Below are positions 11,810-22,075 of a DNA stretch of 64,000 nt, piece after piece. The notes beneath the pieces are model-generated. The model ran no database searches and was not told where the DNA came from. It worked only from the letters and a program-made list of their open reading frames with translations. Position numbers and translations under genes: made by a program. Position 1 is the stretch's first letter. Each line of letters begins with the position of its first letter. The stretch comes from Neocallimastix sp. 'constans' (Eukaryota): contig JBODTK010000001.1 of the NCBI GenBank assembly GCA_050613775.1, positions 434,001-498,000 of the forward strand. Reading direction: 5' to 3'.

Positions 11810-12308
11810 TTATTTATTTAAAAATATCTAAAATATTACTAATAAGAATTTATTTAATTGGCTATAATTTTTATTACAATCTGTTAAAATATTCAAATAA
11901 AAATAAAAATACTATTCTAATATAAAGGTTTTTAATAAAATAAAATATTTTTCAATATAAAATAAAACATTTCGATATAAAATTTTATAATAAAAAGTTA
12001 AAATATAATATATAAATTTTTAATTATCAATATATAAAAATATTATTAATATAAATTTTCATTATTAATATAAAAAAAAAAATAAGATTTATTATTAATA
12101 TTGCTAATATAAGTTTTAAATATATAAAAATATTACTTTTAATATAAGATTTAATATAAAAATATAAAGTTTAATATAATATTTGATTTAATTTTTGATC
12201 TTTGGATTTAAAAATTTATTAAAGTACAAAAATAATAATGTACACATAATGTATTAGAAATAAATCGTAGATTTAATTAAGAATGCATTATTTAGTACAT
12301 TCTTATCA
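11447..12308 (-). repeat. 3' LTR of element 2
   Basis: Direct repeat of 18617-19477; only homopolymer-length differences noticed; preceded on the minus strand by GTCGGGGCATCT. Confidence 0.95.
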
Positions 12309-12326
12309 AGATGCCCCGACGAAGAC

Positions 12327-15300
12327 TCAAGCTTCTCTGTAAGCGGAGTTAAACTTTACTAAATTTTTAAAGTGAACATTCCTATCGAGTTGCTTTCCAG
12401 TCTTCTGATCGATTAGGGTTGCCGTGTTGAATTGAATTTTTAAAATTTTAAATGGTCCATTGTAATATGGTTCTAGCTTAGTGCGGCTAAAGTTTCTAAC
12501 AAGAACAAGATCACCAGCCTTTAATTCTTTTCCCTTTTTCATACTTATTTGTTCTTCTCGTCTTGTTGCCCAATACTTGTTAGCATTCTTCACATTTTCG
12601 CATGCTTCTCTAGTCCATTGATAATGACGAACAAATTTTTCCATTAAAATTTCATCATATGATTTACCTGCATTTTCAATTGTTCTTATGGCTATATCAT
12701 AAGGCTGTTGGTCTTCTCTTCCATATACTAATTCAAAACTAGAATGTCCAGTAGCTGTATTTTTGGTAGTTCGAAGTGCCCATAAAGCAGAAGGTAAAAC
12801 TTCATCCCAATCTTGATTTTTCCTTCCTAATAAACGAAGTAATTTTCCAATTTCTTTATTTCGATTTTCAGTAAGGCCATTTGATTCAGGGTGGTAAGTA
12901 GCTACAAATTTAACATATACATCATAAAGATCAAGAAAGATTTTAGTCATATCAGAAGTGAATTGGACTCCATTATCAGTAGTAATAACTTGAGGGACAC
13001 CATGTCTTGCAAAAACGTTTATTAAAAATTTAATTATATCAGAGGAAGTTATGTTTTCAGTGGGTTCGGCTTCAACCCATTTGGTAAAGTAATCAACAGT
13101 TACTATAATATATTGATTATTATTTCTTGTTTTTGGTAACGGTCCTATAATATCTAATCCTAAATGCACAAAGGGACCCTCCACTTTAGTTGGATGGTTT
13201 TCGGTTGGTTCTGGATATGGTTGAGGACGATTTAACTGGCATTTTTCACAATTACTAACAATTCTTTTGATATCTTTAATCATATGATTCCAATAAAAGT
13301 TTTTCTTAAGTCTTTGATATGTTTTGTAATATCCTTCGTGGCCAATATTATGAGCTTCTAAAATTAATTTAAACCTTTCATTTTCGTCCGTTATTAATTT
13401 TCTATAATTTCCATTGTCGATAAAGTAATCTTCACCATCAATAACAGTAAACTTTTCATTAATAAATTCCTTTATAACTTTAGATAATAATTCTTCATTA
13501 TTTCCATTAGTAATTTTTGTTAATAATATCTTTCTCTCTTCCTTACTTTTCATTCTTGAAAGAGCATCAGCTAACACATTCTTTTTGCCTGATTCATATT
13601 TTATATTAATTCCGAGCATACTAGCGGTTAGACACCATCTTGTTTGCCTTGCATTCAAAGGTTCTTTATTCTTAAATAAACCAACTAATGGTTTATGATC
13701 TGTGTAAATAGTTGTAGGTAATGGATTTCCTTCAATATAAGATTTAAATTTAGTCATACAGTAAAACAAAGCGGTTCCTTCTAAATCGGTAATACCATAA
13801 TTCTTTTCAGCTTTCTTTAAACTTCTACTTATAAAGTGTATTGGATGCTCCTTACCGGTTTCTTCTTCTTTTTGTAAAAGAACTCCACCAATTCCATTAT
13901 ACGAAGCATCAGTTCTAATGATAAAAGGTTTGTCAAATGACGGAAATTTTAGAATAGGTGCATTGATTAATTTTTCTTTTAGGAGTTCAAAGCTTTCTTG
14001 TTGTTCTTTATTCCATTCATATTTGGTATTCTTTTTCAATAATTTACATAAAGGTGAGGTAATTTGAGCATATTTAGGAATAAAATCACGATAATATCCC
14101 ACTGCTCCTAAAAATGATCTTAATTCATGAAGTGATGAAGGGGCTTCCCACTTCTTAATAGCTGTTATCTTACTTTCCATGGGACTTAATCCTTTAGTAG
14201 TAAGTTTGTGACCTAATACATCAACTTCAGTTTGAAGAAAATGGCACTTTTCAATATTAATTTTTAATTTGTTTTCTTTAAATACTTCTAATACTTGTTT
14301 AATATGAATTAAATGTTCTTCGATACTTTTTGAATAGATCAAAACATCATCAATAAATACGTAAACAAATTCACCAATAAAAGGGAATAAAATTTTATTC
14401 ATTTCTCTTTGGAAGGTTGAGGGAGCTCCAGTAAGTCCAAAAGGCATAACCTTAAATTGATAATTTCCAAACTTAGTAGTGAAAGTGGTTACTTCAACGC
14501 TTTCTTCATCCATTAAGATTTGGTGAAAACCAGAAAATAAATCAAGAGTTGTAAATATTTTAGCTCCTCCGAGACTATCAAAAATTCCATCTATATATGG
14601 AACTGAATAAGAATCTTTTTCTGTCATATCATTGACTTTTCGGTAGTCAATGCACAAGCGCCACTTTCCATTGTGTTTTAGAATAAGTACTACTGGAGAT
14701 GACCATTCTGAACAGGATGGTTCTATCAATCCTTTCTTAATAAGTTTTGTAAGTTCTTCTTTTAAGATATCTGATTTTAATTTAGTTAACCTATAACTTC
14801 TTAATTTTACTGGCTTTGCATTTGCTTTTAAACGGATCTTATGTGGTGAAAGTTTAGAAGGAGTTAGTTCTTCTGTTGAAGTGGCAACTATGTCAATCAT
14901 TTCTTTGAGAATTTTAATAATTTGTTCTTTATAATCTTTATTTAAGGTACTTAAAAATTCATCACTCTCAATAAATTCCATTGGAGTTAATTCCTTTATA
15001 ATTTCCTTTTCATTATTCGTTTCTTTAACTTTTCTAATAGTGCAAATTATACTTTCTTCATCATAATATTGATTATTTATTTTAGCTATTTCTTCGTATT
15101 CACTTTCTGACAAAAGTTTACATAAACTGTTTAAGGTCGGATGAATAAATAAACAATGATCGATTTGAGTTTTAAAGTTTATTAACATATCATAAAAAGA
15201 GTCTTCTTTCTCAATAATTCTAAAGTCCGCATTAAATTCATAATTATTAATTTTTACTGGTAATCGAACAATAATTCCTTCCGAGTATTCTTCATCTTGT

Positions 15301-16337
15301 GTTGCTAGTTGGATTCTTCCACGACTTTTTCCAACTGTTTCATATTCACCAGGTAATTTATCAAAATACTGCTTAGTAACGATGCTTAGGTTACTACAAG
15401 AATCAATTAAAAGTTTTCCTAGTACTCCGTCAACACTTGCATCAACCATTGCTAAGTCTTCTTCGGCTACTTCATTACTTTTACTTATGTAGCTATGATC
15501 ATAGTTATTCACTAATAAAGTTCGTGCTATTACATTGTCTACAGTTCCAATTATTTTAGATTTTTCTAACTTTAAACCTTGAGTTAATTGTGAACGAATT
15601 TTCGGACATGCATTCAAGAGTTGACCTATCGTAATACTGGATTTAAGATTATTTAAATCATCCATAATATTGTAAGGTTCTTTATTATTCATCATTTTGA
15701 TATTCCTTTTTACTAACTGAGTATTTTCATTATTAGTTTCTTTAGTTTTTGTTGAAATTAATTTTTCCAAAGTATTAGTTTTATTTTGTTGATTATCTTT
15801 ATTCATTTCTATATCTTCTATTTCATTATCGATTACAAGTATATCTTCAGATTCAACTTTTTTCTTTCCTTTTGATGAATAATTGTTGTTTTCTTCTTTA
15901 CTTTCTCTTACTCTTGTTATATTTCTTAATTCCTTTTCTTTTTGTTTTTCTTTGTTAATATTTGGTTGAGTTAAAATTGAAGGAAGTATTTGATTTTTAT
16001 AAACTTTATTTGGTTTATTATGTAGCTCATTTTCTTTCTTCTTTCTTAAAGCAGGAGTTGCGAAAGGACGTGGATTATCTTTTAAACTTTTATGTACTTT
16101 CTTGGAATTATTTTCTTCCTTTTCGCTGTTATTATCATTCATTTTTCTTTTTATAGCATTTATAATGATATTATCCTCACTTTCAGTTGTGTCACTAAAA
16201 TCAGATTCTTCAGATTCTTTATTAAAGGAATTATTATCAATTGGGGTATTCTTGGTAAAAGTATTATTTTGTAAATTATTTAATGAAGCTATTGTTTTGT
16301 CATTGGGAGTGCTTCTGCTCCCATTTAGAAGTTTAAA
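12327..16337 (-). CDS. pol: Pol polyprotein of element 2, probably made by -1 frameshift
   Basis: IDSCSN protease, MPFGL/FIDD RT, TDAS RNase H, HHCC and DDE integrase, YNGPFKIL; frame stays open upstream of the ATG at 16142 to the TTTAAAC site. Confidence 0.95.
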   Translation of the reverse strand, partial: FKLLNGSRSTPNDKTIASLNNLQNNTFTKNTPIDNNSFNKESEESDFSDTTESEDNIIINAIKRKMNDNNSEKEENNSKKVHKSLKDNPRPFATPALRKKKENELHNKPNKVYKNQILPSILTQPNINKEKQKEKELRNITRVRESKEENNNYSSKGKKKVESEDILVIDNEIEDIEMNKDNQQNKTNTLEKLISTKTKETNNENTQLVKRNIKMMNNKEPYNIMDDLNNLKSSITIGQLLNACPKIRSQLTQGLKLEKSKIIGTVDNVIARTLLVNNYDHSYISKSNEVAEEDLAMVDASVDGVLGKLLIDSCSNLSIVTKQYFDKLPGEYETVGKSRGRIQLATQDEEYSEGIIVRLPVKINNYEFNADFRIIEKEDSFYDMLINFKTQIDHCLFIHPTLNSLCKLLSESEYEEIAKINNQYYDEESIICTIRKVKETNNEKEIIKELTPMEFIESDEFLSTLNKDYKEQIIKILKEMIDIVATSTEELTPSKLSPHKIRLKANAKPVKLRSYRLTKLKSDILKEELTKLIKKGLIEPSCSEWSSPVVLILKHNGKWRLCIDYRKVNDMTEKDSYSVPYIDGIFDSLGGAKIFTTLDLFSGFHQILMDEESVEVTTFTTKFGNYQFKVMPFGLTGAPSTFQREMNKILFPFIGEFVYVFIDDVLIYSKSIEEHLIHIKQVLEVFKENKLKINIEKCHFLQTEVDVLGHKLTTKGLSPMESKITAIKKWEAPSSLHELRSFLGAVGYYRDFIPKYAQITSPLCKLLKKNTKYEWNKEQQESFELLKEKLINAPILKFPSFDKPFIIRTDASYNGIGGVLLQKEEETGKEHPIHFISRSLKKAEKNYGITDLEGTALFYCMTKFKSYIEGNPLPTTIYTDHKPLVGLFKNKEPLNARQTRWCLTASMLGINIKYESGKKNVLADALSRMKSKEERKILLTKITNGNNEELLSKVIKEFINEKFTVIDGEDYFIDNGNYRKLITDENERFKLILEAHNIGHEGYYKTYQRLKKNFYWNHMIKDIKRIVSNCEKCQLNRPQPYPEPTENHPTKVEGPFVHLGLDIIGPLPKTRNNNQYIIVTVDYFTKWVEAEPTENITSSDIIKFLINVFARHGVPQVITTDNGVQFTSDMTKIFLDLYDVYVKFVATYHPESNGLTENRNKEIGKLLRLLGRKNQDWDEVLPSALWALRTTKNTATGHSSFELVYGREDQQPYDIAIRTIENAGKSYDEILMEKFVRHYQWTREACENVKNANKYWATRREEQISMKKGKELKAGDLVLVRNFSRTKLEPYYNGPFKILKIQFNTATLIDQKTGKQLDRNVHFKNLVKFNSAYREA

Positions 16338-17230
16338 GACTTTTTGGAATATATTTCTTTTTTATTTTTTTCCATAATCTTATTTAATTGAGGGCAATAG
16401 TATGAGTAATGACCTTCTTCCTTACAGAAGAAGCAAGTTTTAACAGATAAATTTCTCATTTTCTGGGTTGATTCTTCTATAATATCTTGAGGTTTCAGTT
16501 TATTATTTGTTTGACTTGTTTGGAAAGTTTCGTTTCTTCTTTTAGGATAAAGTCTTGAAGTAGTACTGTTTTGATTATTTTGATTATGCTGGGAATTATT
16601 AACATTATAGGTATTAATATTATTGTTCCTTACAGAAAGTCTATCTACTTTCTCGGCAATTTTGAAAGCTTTCTCCATACTTATATCATCTTTAAGGGAT
16701 AATTTCTTCCAGGCTTCATAATTATTTTGAATAGAGTCAATATAATCTAGTACACCAATGCGCTTTCTTCTCTTTTTATCAAGTTTAGTGTACAAAGTTC
16801 TATATCTTACATTAAAGTCTTTAATCTTTTCGTTTCTTTTAATTCGCATTGCACGAAGTTCTTTAAGAAGTAAATTTTGGTCTTCTTTAATACCGTAAAA
16901 ATTTTCAAGACTTGAAATAATTTTTTCAAGAGAAGGAAATTTATCATCATCAACATTTTCTTCTTCATCATCTTCTTCTTCATCTGATGAATCATCACTT
17001 TCATCATCACTATCTTCTCCCAAATCTTCAATAACGCGTTGTACTTCACCAGAGCTGGTAAGTAAACAAGCATTAAATATTGTTTCCGGATCTGTGATAC
17101 CTTGTATCTTGATCCAAAGTTTTAATTCAGTAGCCCAGGACTTTATATCTAAATTGTCCTTGCTAAGCTTCACTATGTCTCGTAATTCTTTCTTTAATTC
17201 TTTAAAACTTAAAGTACTTTTAGTAGACAT
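16325..17230 (-). CDS. gag: Gag of element 2
   Basis: 301-aa ORF with CFFCKEEGHYSYYC knuckle and an acidic insert. Confidence 0.9.
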   Translation of the reverse strand: MSTKSTLSFKELKKELRDIVKLSKDNLDIKSWATELKLWIKIQGITDPETIFNACLLTSSGEVQRVIEDLGEDSDDESDDSSDEEEDDEEENVDDDKFPSLEKIISSLENFYGIKEDQNLLLKELRAMRIKRNEKIKDFNVRYRTLYTKLDKKRRKRIGVLDYIDSIQNNYEAWKKLSLKDDISMEKAFKIAEKVDRLSVRNNNINTYNVNNSQHNQNNQNSTTSRLYPKRRNETFQTSQTNNKLKPQDIIEESTQKMRNLSVKTCFFCKEEGHYSYYCPQLNKIMEKNKKEIYSKKSLNF

Positions 17231-17410
17231 TTCGTTTTTAGTTAATAATTTTTTTATTGTAAATTAACGAGGTTATTAAATACGAATAAATTTGAAAGTC
17301 CAACTTTAAAAATATAATTTAACAAGTAATTTAATATCGAATCAAATTTTAAAACAATATATCTTAGTAATTTTTGAAAATAATAATTTTATTTGCTTTC
17401 TTTAGTAAGT

Positions 17411-17602
17411 ATAAGCTCGAAATCCTTATCGACAACTTAGTAGAAATTATAAAGCACGAGGTTCTTTTCGACTACTTTTTTAAGAATAATTTTAAGTTCG
17501 AAATCTTTATCGACAACTTAATAGAATAATTTTAAGTTCGAAATCTTTATCGACAACTTAATAGAATATTTTTCAAGCTCGAAATCTTTATCGACCACTT
17601 GA
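17411..17602. repeat. Five ~40-bp hairpin-forming tandem repeats in the element 2 leader
   Basis: Unit ttaagttcgaaatctttatcgacaacttaatagaataatt. Confidence 0.85.
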
Positions 17603-18592
17603 ATTTTGTAATTTAGTATATTTGTAGTAATAAATTTAGAAGCAAAGTTTTATTTATTATTTTCACCTTTCAAAAATTTTTCTTTTTAAACGATAAATAT
17701 TGTATTGTTATAGCTAATAAAATTATTAATTAATTATAATTATTAAATACAAAAAAAATAATCTTTATTGTCGTACAATCTGATAGTACACACTGTCTGA
17801 CGTGCAGCTTACCTAATGGTGTCATGCCACGCGTGTGCCACGATTACTATATTCAATATAAAATATAGCAGTTCAGAGCCCACTAGCCCAATTACTATGT
17901 AGGATAAACTTAATCCGATAATCTATGTACGGAATAAAAAAATTTTAAAAGTATTCAATAATATTTTTATTAACTAATAAAAATTAACTAAAAACACAAT
18001 ATTTTCAAAGTAAATTAAGATTCTATTACAGGAATTATATAACAAATAAAGTACCAGTAATAAAAAAAAATAAAAAAAATTTAAATGGCGAAGTTAGCCA
18101 AAGTCTGATACTTTATATAATAAAGTGCCTTATAACTAGCACAAAGAAAAGTAAAAAAAATTATATAAAAAAAACAATCTTACGCCTTCGGTGACGTAAG
18201 CTCCTTATTCGCCAGTGCTTGGAAAGTACCCGCACCTTCGTGTGTTGAAACGTTGAAGGTTGAACTATTATTACCGGGTCGGTAACCAAATACCTTCGTC
18301 TACTTTCCAATTAATCTCCAAATTAACTACTATTCAATAACCTACTATGAATAGAGTTAATTTGTTGCTATCTGAGAATACACTGTGTATGAGCTCTATC
18401 CGCTCCTTGTTATAATTTTACAAAATTTGTTTTTTTAGAATCTTAATTTTACTTATTTAAAAAAAAATTTTTTTATATATATATCAAACAAGCGCCATGG
18501 GTTAATCAAAGGATTAACGACTTACTTGTTTATCAATATAAAATAAAAAAAATTAAAAAAATCTATGTTATTTACTATTATTTCTATTTAAT

Positions 18593-18610
18593 TCCCCGAT
18601 ATCTCCACCA
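18593..18610 (-). promoter_or_regulatory. Primer-binding site of element 2, tRNA-Ala(TGC)
   Basis: Plus strand TCCCCGATATCTCCACCA equals the last 15 nt of the tRNA at 19491-19562 plus CCA. Confidence 0.95.
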
Positions 18611-18616
18611 TATAAA

Positions 18617-18920
18617 TGTTAGGGTTTTAGAGAATTAAATAAAAATAAAGTAAGGAAACACAAATTTTATTTATTTATTTATTTTATTTATTTATTTTAT
18701 TAAATTTATTTGATGATATTTAAAAATTAGTAGCAAAATTTACAACTATTTATACTTTTTTCAAGGCATAAAAGTTGTTCTTGCCACTAAATTACATTTT
18801 ATTTATTTTTTTTTTTTTTTTTTTTATAAAAACTATTAAATTTAAATTGATTTTTATAATTAATTATATAAAATTTAATTATAACAATATAAATAAAATA
18901 CATTTATAATATTAATAAAA

Positions 18921-18978
<58 letters not shown>

Positions 18979-19477
18979 TTATTTATTTAAAAATATCTAA
19001 AATATTACTAATAAGAATTTATTTAATTGGCTATAATTTTTATTACAATCTGTTAAAATATTCAAATAAAAATAAAAATACTATTCTAATATAAAGGTTT
19101 TTAATAAAATAAAATATTTTTCAATATAAAATAAAACATTTCGATATAAAATTTTATAATAAAAAGTTAAAATATAATATATAAATTTTTAATTATCAAT
19201 ATATAAAAATATTATTAATATAAATTTTCATTATTAATATAAAAAAAAAAATAAGATTTATTATTAATATTGCTAATATAAGTTTTAAATATATAAAAAT
19301 ATTACTTTTAATATAAGATTTAATATAAAAATATAAAGTTTAATATAATATTTGATTTAATTTTTGATCTTTGGATTTAAAAATTTATTAAAGTACAAAA
19401 ATAATAATGTACACATAATGTATTAGAAATAAATCGTAGATTTAATTAAGAATGCATTATTTAGTACATTCTTATCA
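18617..19477 (-). repeat. 5' LTR of element 2
   Basis: Direct repeat of 11447-12308. Confidence 0.95.
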
Positions 19478-19490
19478 AAAAATTTGTGCT

Positions 19491-19562
19491 GGGGATATAA
19501 CTCAGTGGTAGAGTGCTTGCTTTGCATGCAAGAAGCCTCAGGTTCGATCCCCGATATCTCCA
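19491..19562 (+). tRNA. tRNA-Ala, anticodon TGC
   Basis: Cloverleaf: GGGGATA/TATCTCC acceptor with G3:U70, anticodon arm CTTGC-TT-TGC-AT-GCAAG, GGTTCGATCC B box, T-run terminator; one A:C mismatch in the T stem. Confidence 0.93.
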
Positions 19563-19689
19563 GTAATTTTTAAAAAAAATTTTTTTTATATCGAACTAGG
19601 TTTTATCCTGTTTGTCAGCGTACATTAAGCTTTTGGTTCAATACCGTCCATGATCACTTTCCAGGTTTTACTGAGAAGATATTTTCATG

Positions 19690-20120
19690 GAATAATTATA
19701 GGTAAAGTATTGAAAGAATAATTAAGGAACATAAATTGAACAACATTAAAGTTTTGAGCATTTTAATAAAATTAGTAGATACAAAAGTTAGAAATAAAAA
19801 GGAAAAGAAAAATTCAGAATACTATATATTAGAGGTACTTAAGAACAAATATCATGAAGAAGAATTCAATAATAATGCCAAAACTCTTCAGAAGATTAGA
19901 AAATATGAGGGCCAAAAGTGATAAAGAAACCTTGGAATATATTGAAGAATTATTAGAAATCACTCAAAAGCTAGGAAAACTATATAGTAAGCTTAGTAAC
20001 AGGGAAAAATTAAACTACTTATTTAAAAGACTACCAGAGAAATGATTAAACTTCTTGGAAATAAAATACAGTATCTCGGAAAATGCCGATAAGAAACAAT
20101 AAGGTATGAAAAAACAGAAT
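19690..20120 (+). pseudogene. Degenerate Ty1/copia-type gag relic
   Basis: Frameshifted pieces YYILEVLKNKY / LFRRLENMRAKSDKETLEYIEELL...SNREKLNYLFKRLPE resemble copia gag (UBN2-like). Confidence 0.55.
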
Positions 20121-22075
20121 AGAAATCGTAGAATCTTTATCCCAAAAAAAAAAAAAAGGAAAAAGAAAAAAAGAAAAAGAAATACTATATGTCTCTAAAG
20201 AAAAAAATATGAACAAAAATAAGGACGAAAGCATTAATTTCGAAAGTTATAGTCAAGATGATTTATTTATTAGAGATATAATAATAAAAGAGGAATCGAT
20301 AGTGAAGAACATTTTGTTTACAACTGCCCCTATAATCCCAAAAATCCTCGTAACGACATAAAGCACATAGCCGAACAATTCAGAAAATTAAATATTTCAG
20401 TAGATGAAATAAATAACATTGTATTATATTACAATAATGATTAAGATAGTGAAAGTAATATAGTTGAAATAAAAGAAATAAATTTAGTTGAACCTGAAAA
20501 TAATATTAAGGAAATAAACACTACTTCAGATGATAATCATGATAATCAATACTTAGAATTTGAGACAGTAAACAATACTAGACAAATCAATTATGATATA
20601 AATCATTGTAATAAAAGTAGTGAAAATAACAAATTTAAAAGCAATAACACACTGAATAAAACAGAAAGCACGAATATTTTTCAAAAAGAAAACAATATTA
20701 ATTATGATTTAAATAATTATTTTATTAATAATATTTATGATAGTAATATATATAATAATAATAACTATAAAGATTTAGGTATGAATAATAATACACACAA
20801 TAACGAGATGACAAGTATGTAAAATAATAATGTTTCAAATAGTTACCAAAATGATGAAAAGGAAAATTTGTTATAACAGATAAATATATAATTGAGTTAT
20901 TTCTTGATAAAATAAATAAAACAAAATGTAAACTGAATAAATTATTTGAAAGTTTGAATGAAATCAACCGAAAGAACAATAACATCCAGAAAATTATTAA
21001 AGATTATTTACCTATTATGAATTTTAATACTATATATTATGAAAGTTATCAAAAATATATGATAATAATTATTCAATACAATAATATTTTAAAATTTGAT
21101 TATAATAGTTCAGTAAATAAAATTGATAAAAATTAAACAAAAAAAAAATTTAGGCGAAAATACTGGAGAAATTAAAAAAAAATATGATAAAAATTCGTCA
21201 AAAATTAATCAAAAAATAAAATTAATACGAATGTGCAAAATTTTGAATTTTAATTTAAATATATATACATTTTGAATTAGAATCTGATTTGTTTCATAAA
21301 AATTACCAGCAAATTATTAAAGATACAGAAATATTAAAAAAATTAGTATATTTTCTTAGTAAATAAAGATTTTTACAATATTTTGTTTAAGTGAAAATGT
21401 AAGAAAATTAATATTTTTAGTATATAATTTAATTAACATTTATAATTTTAAATATTAAATAGTTTATTATTTATAAATATGATTTATTTTATAATAAAAT
21501 GAAGTATATATAGTTTATGAATATAGTTTCAAATGTTTTATATTTTTATAAGCCTCTTTAATATAGTTAATATGAAAACATGTATTTAATGTATTAAAAT
21601 ATGTATGATCCATCATATGTATTTTATATTTATAAATATCATTAAAATATGTATTCTTAAAAAAAAAATAAGACTTATGCTTCAAATAAATAAAGTTAAT
21701 AAATAAACGAATGTTGAGATTTTTATAAAAATTAAAAAAAAAAAAAAATTAATCCATTCATATTTCTAGTTTTATTAATTTATTTACAATTATATTAAAA
21801 AAAATTAAAAATATGAGGTGTTAAATTACCAATAAAATTATTATTTATAATTCATGTTCCAAAATGCAACGTTCCGAAAGTGAAACACATTCGTGCTAGT
21901 ACTGTAATTTAATATATTTAAGAGGGAATTACTAGCATTTGGATATATAGTTTCATGCATCTATGTAGATTTATACTCAACTTAAGTGATGTAGATGTAT
22001 TCTACTAAATTGCGATCTTTCTAATATTTATACATTTGCCAAGAGAGCTAGTATAAGGGAGTGGTTCATTTCTCC

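Larger units (their letters stand above)
11447..19477 (-). mobile_element. Full-length Ty3/gypsy LTR retrotransposon, element 2
   Basis: About 861-bp direct LTRs (TGTTAG...TTATCA), TSD AAAAA, PBS, PPT-like tract, gag and pol. Confidence 0.97.

Noticed and set aside
18198..18215. HDV-ribozyme-like GGCGAAU in the element 2 leader
   Set aside because: Could not build the P1/P2/P3 nested pseudoknot.
21855..21900. Possible Helitron 3' end or second TIR
   Set aside because: CTAG is present but the hairpin is weak and no partner end was found.
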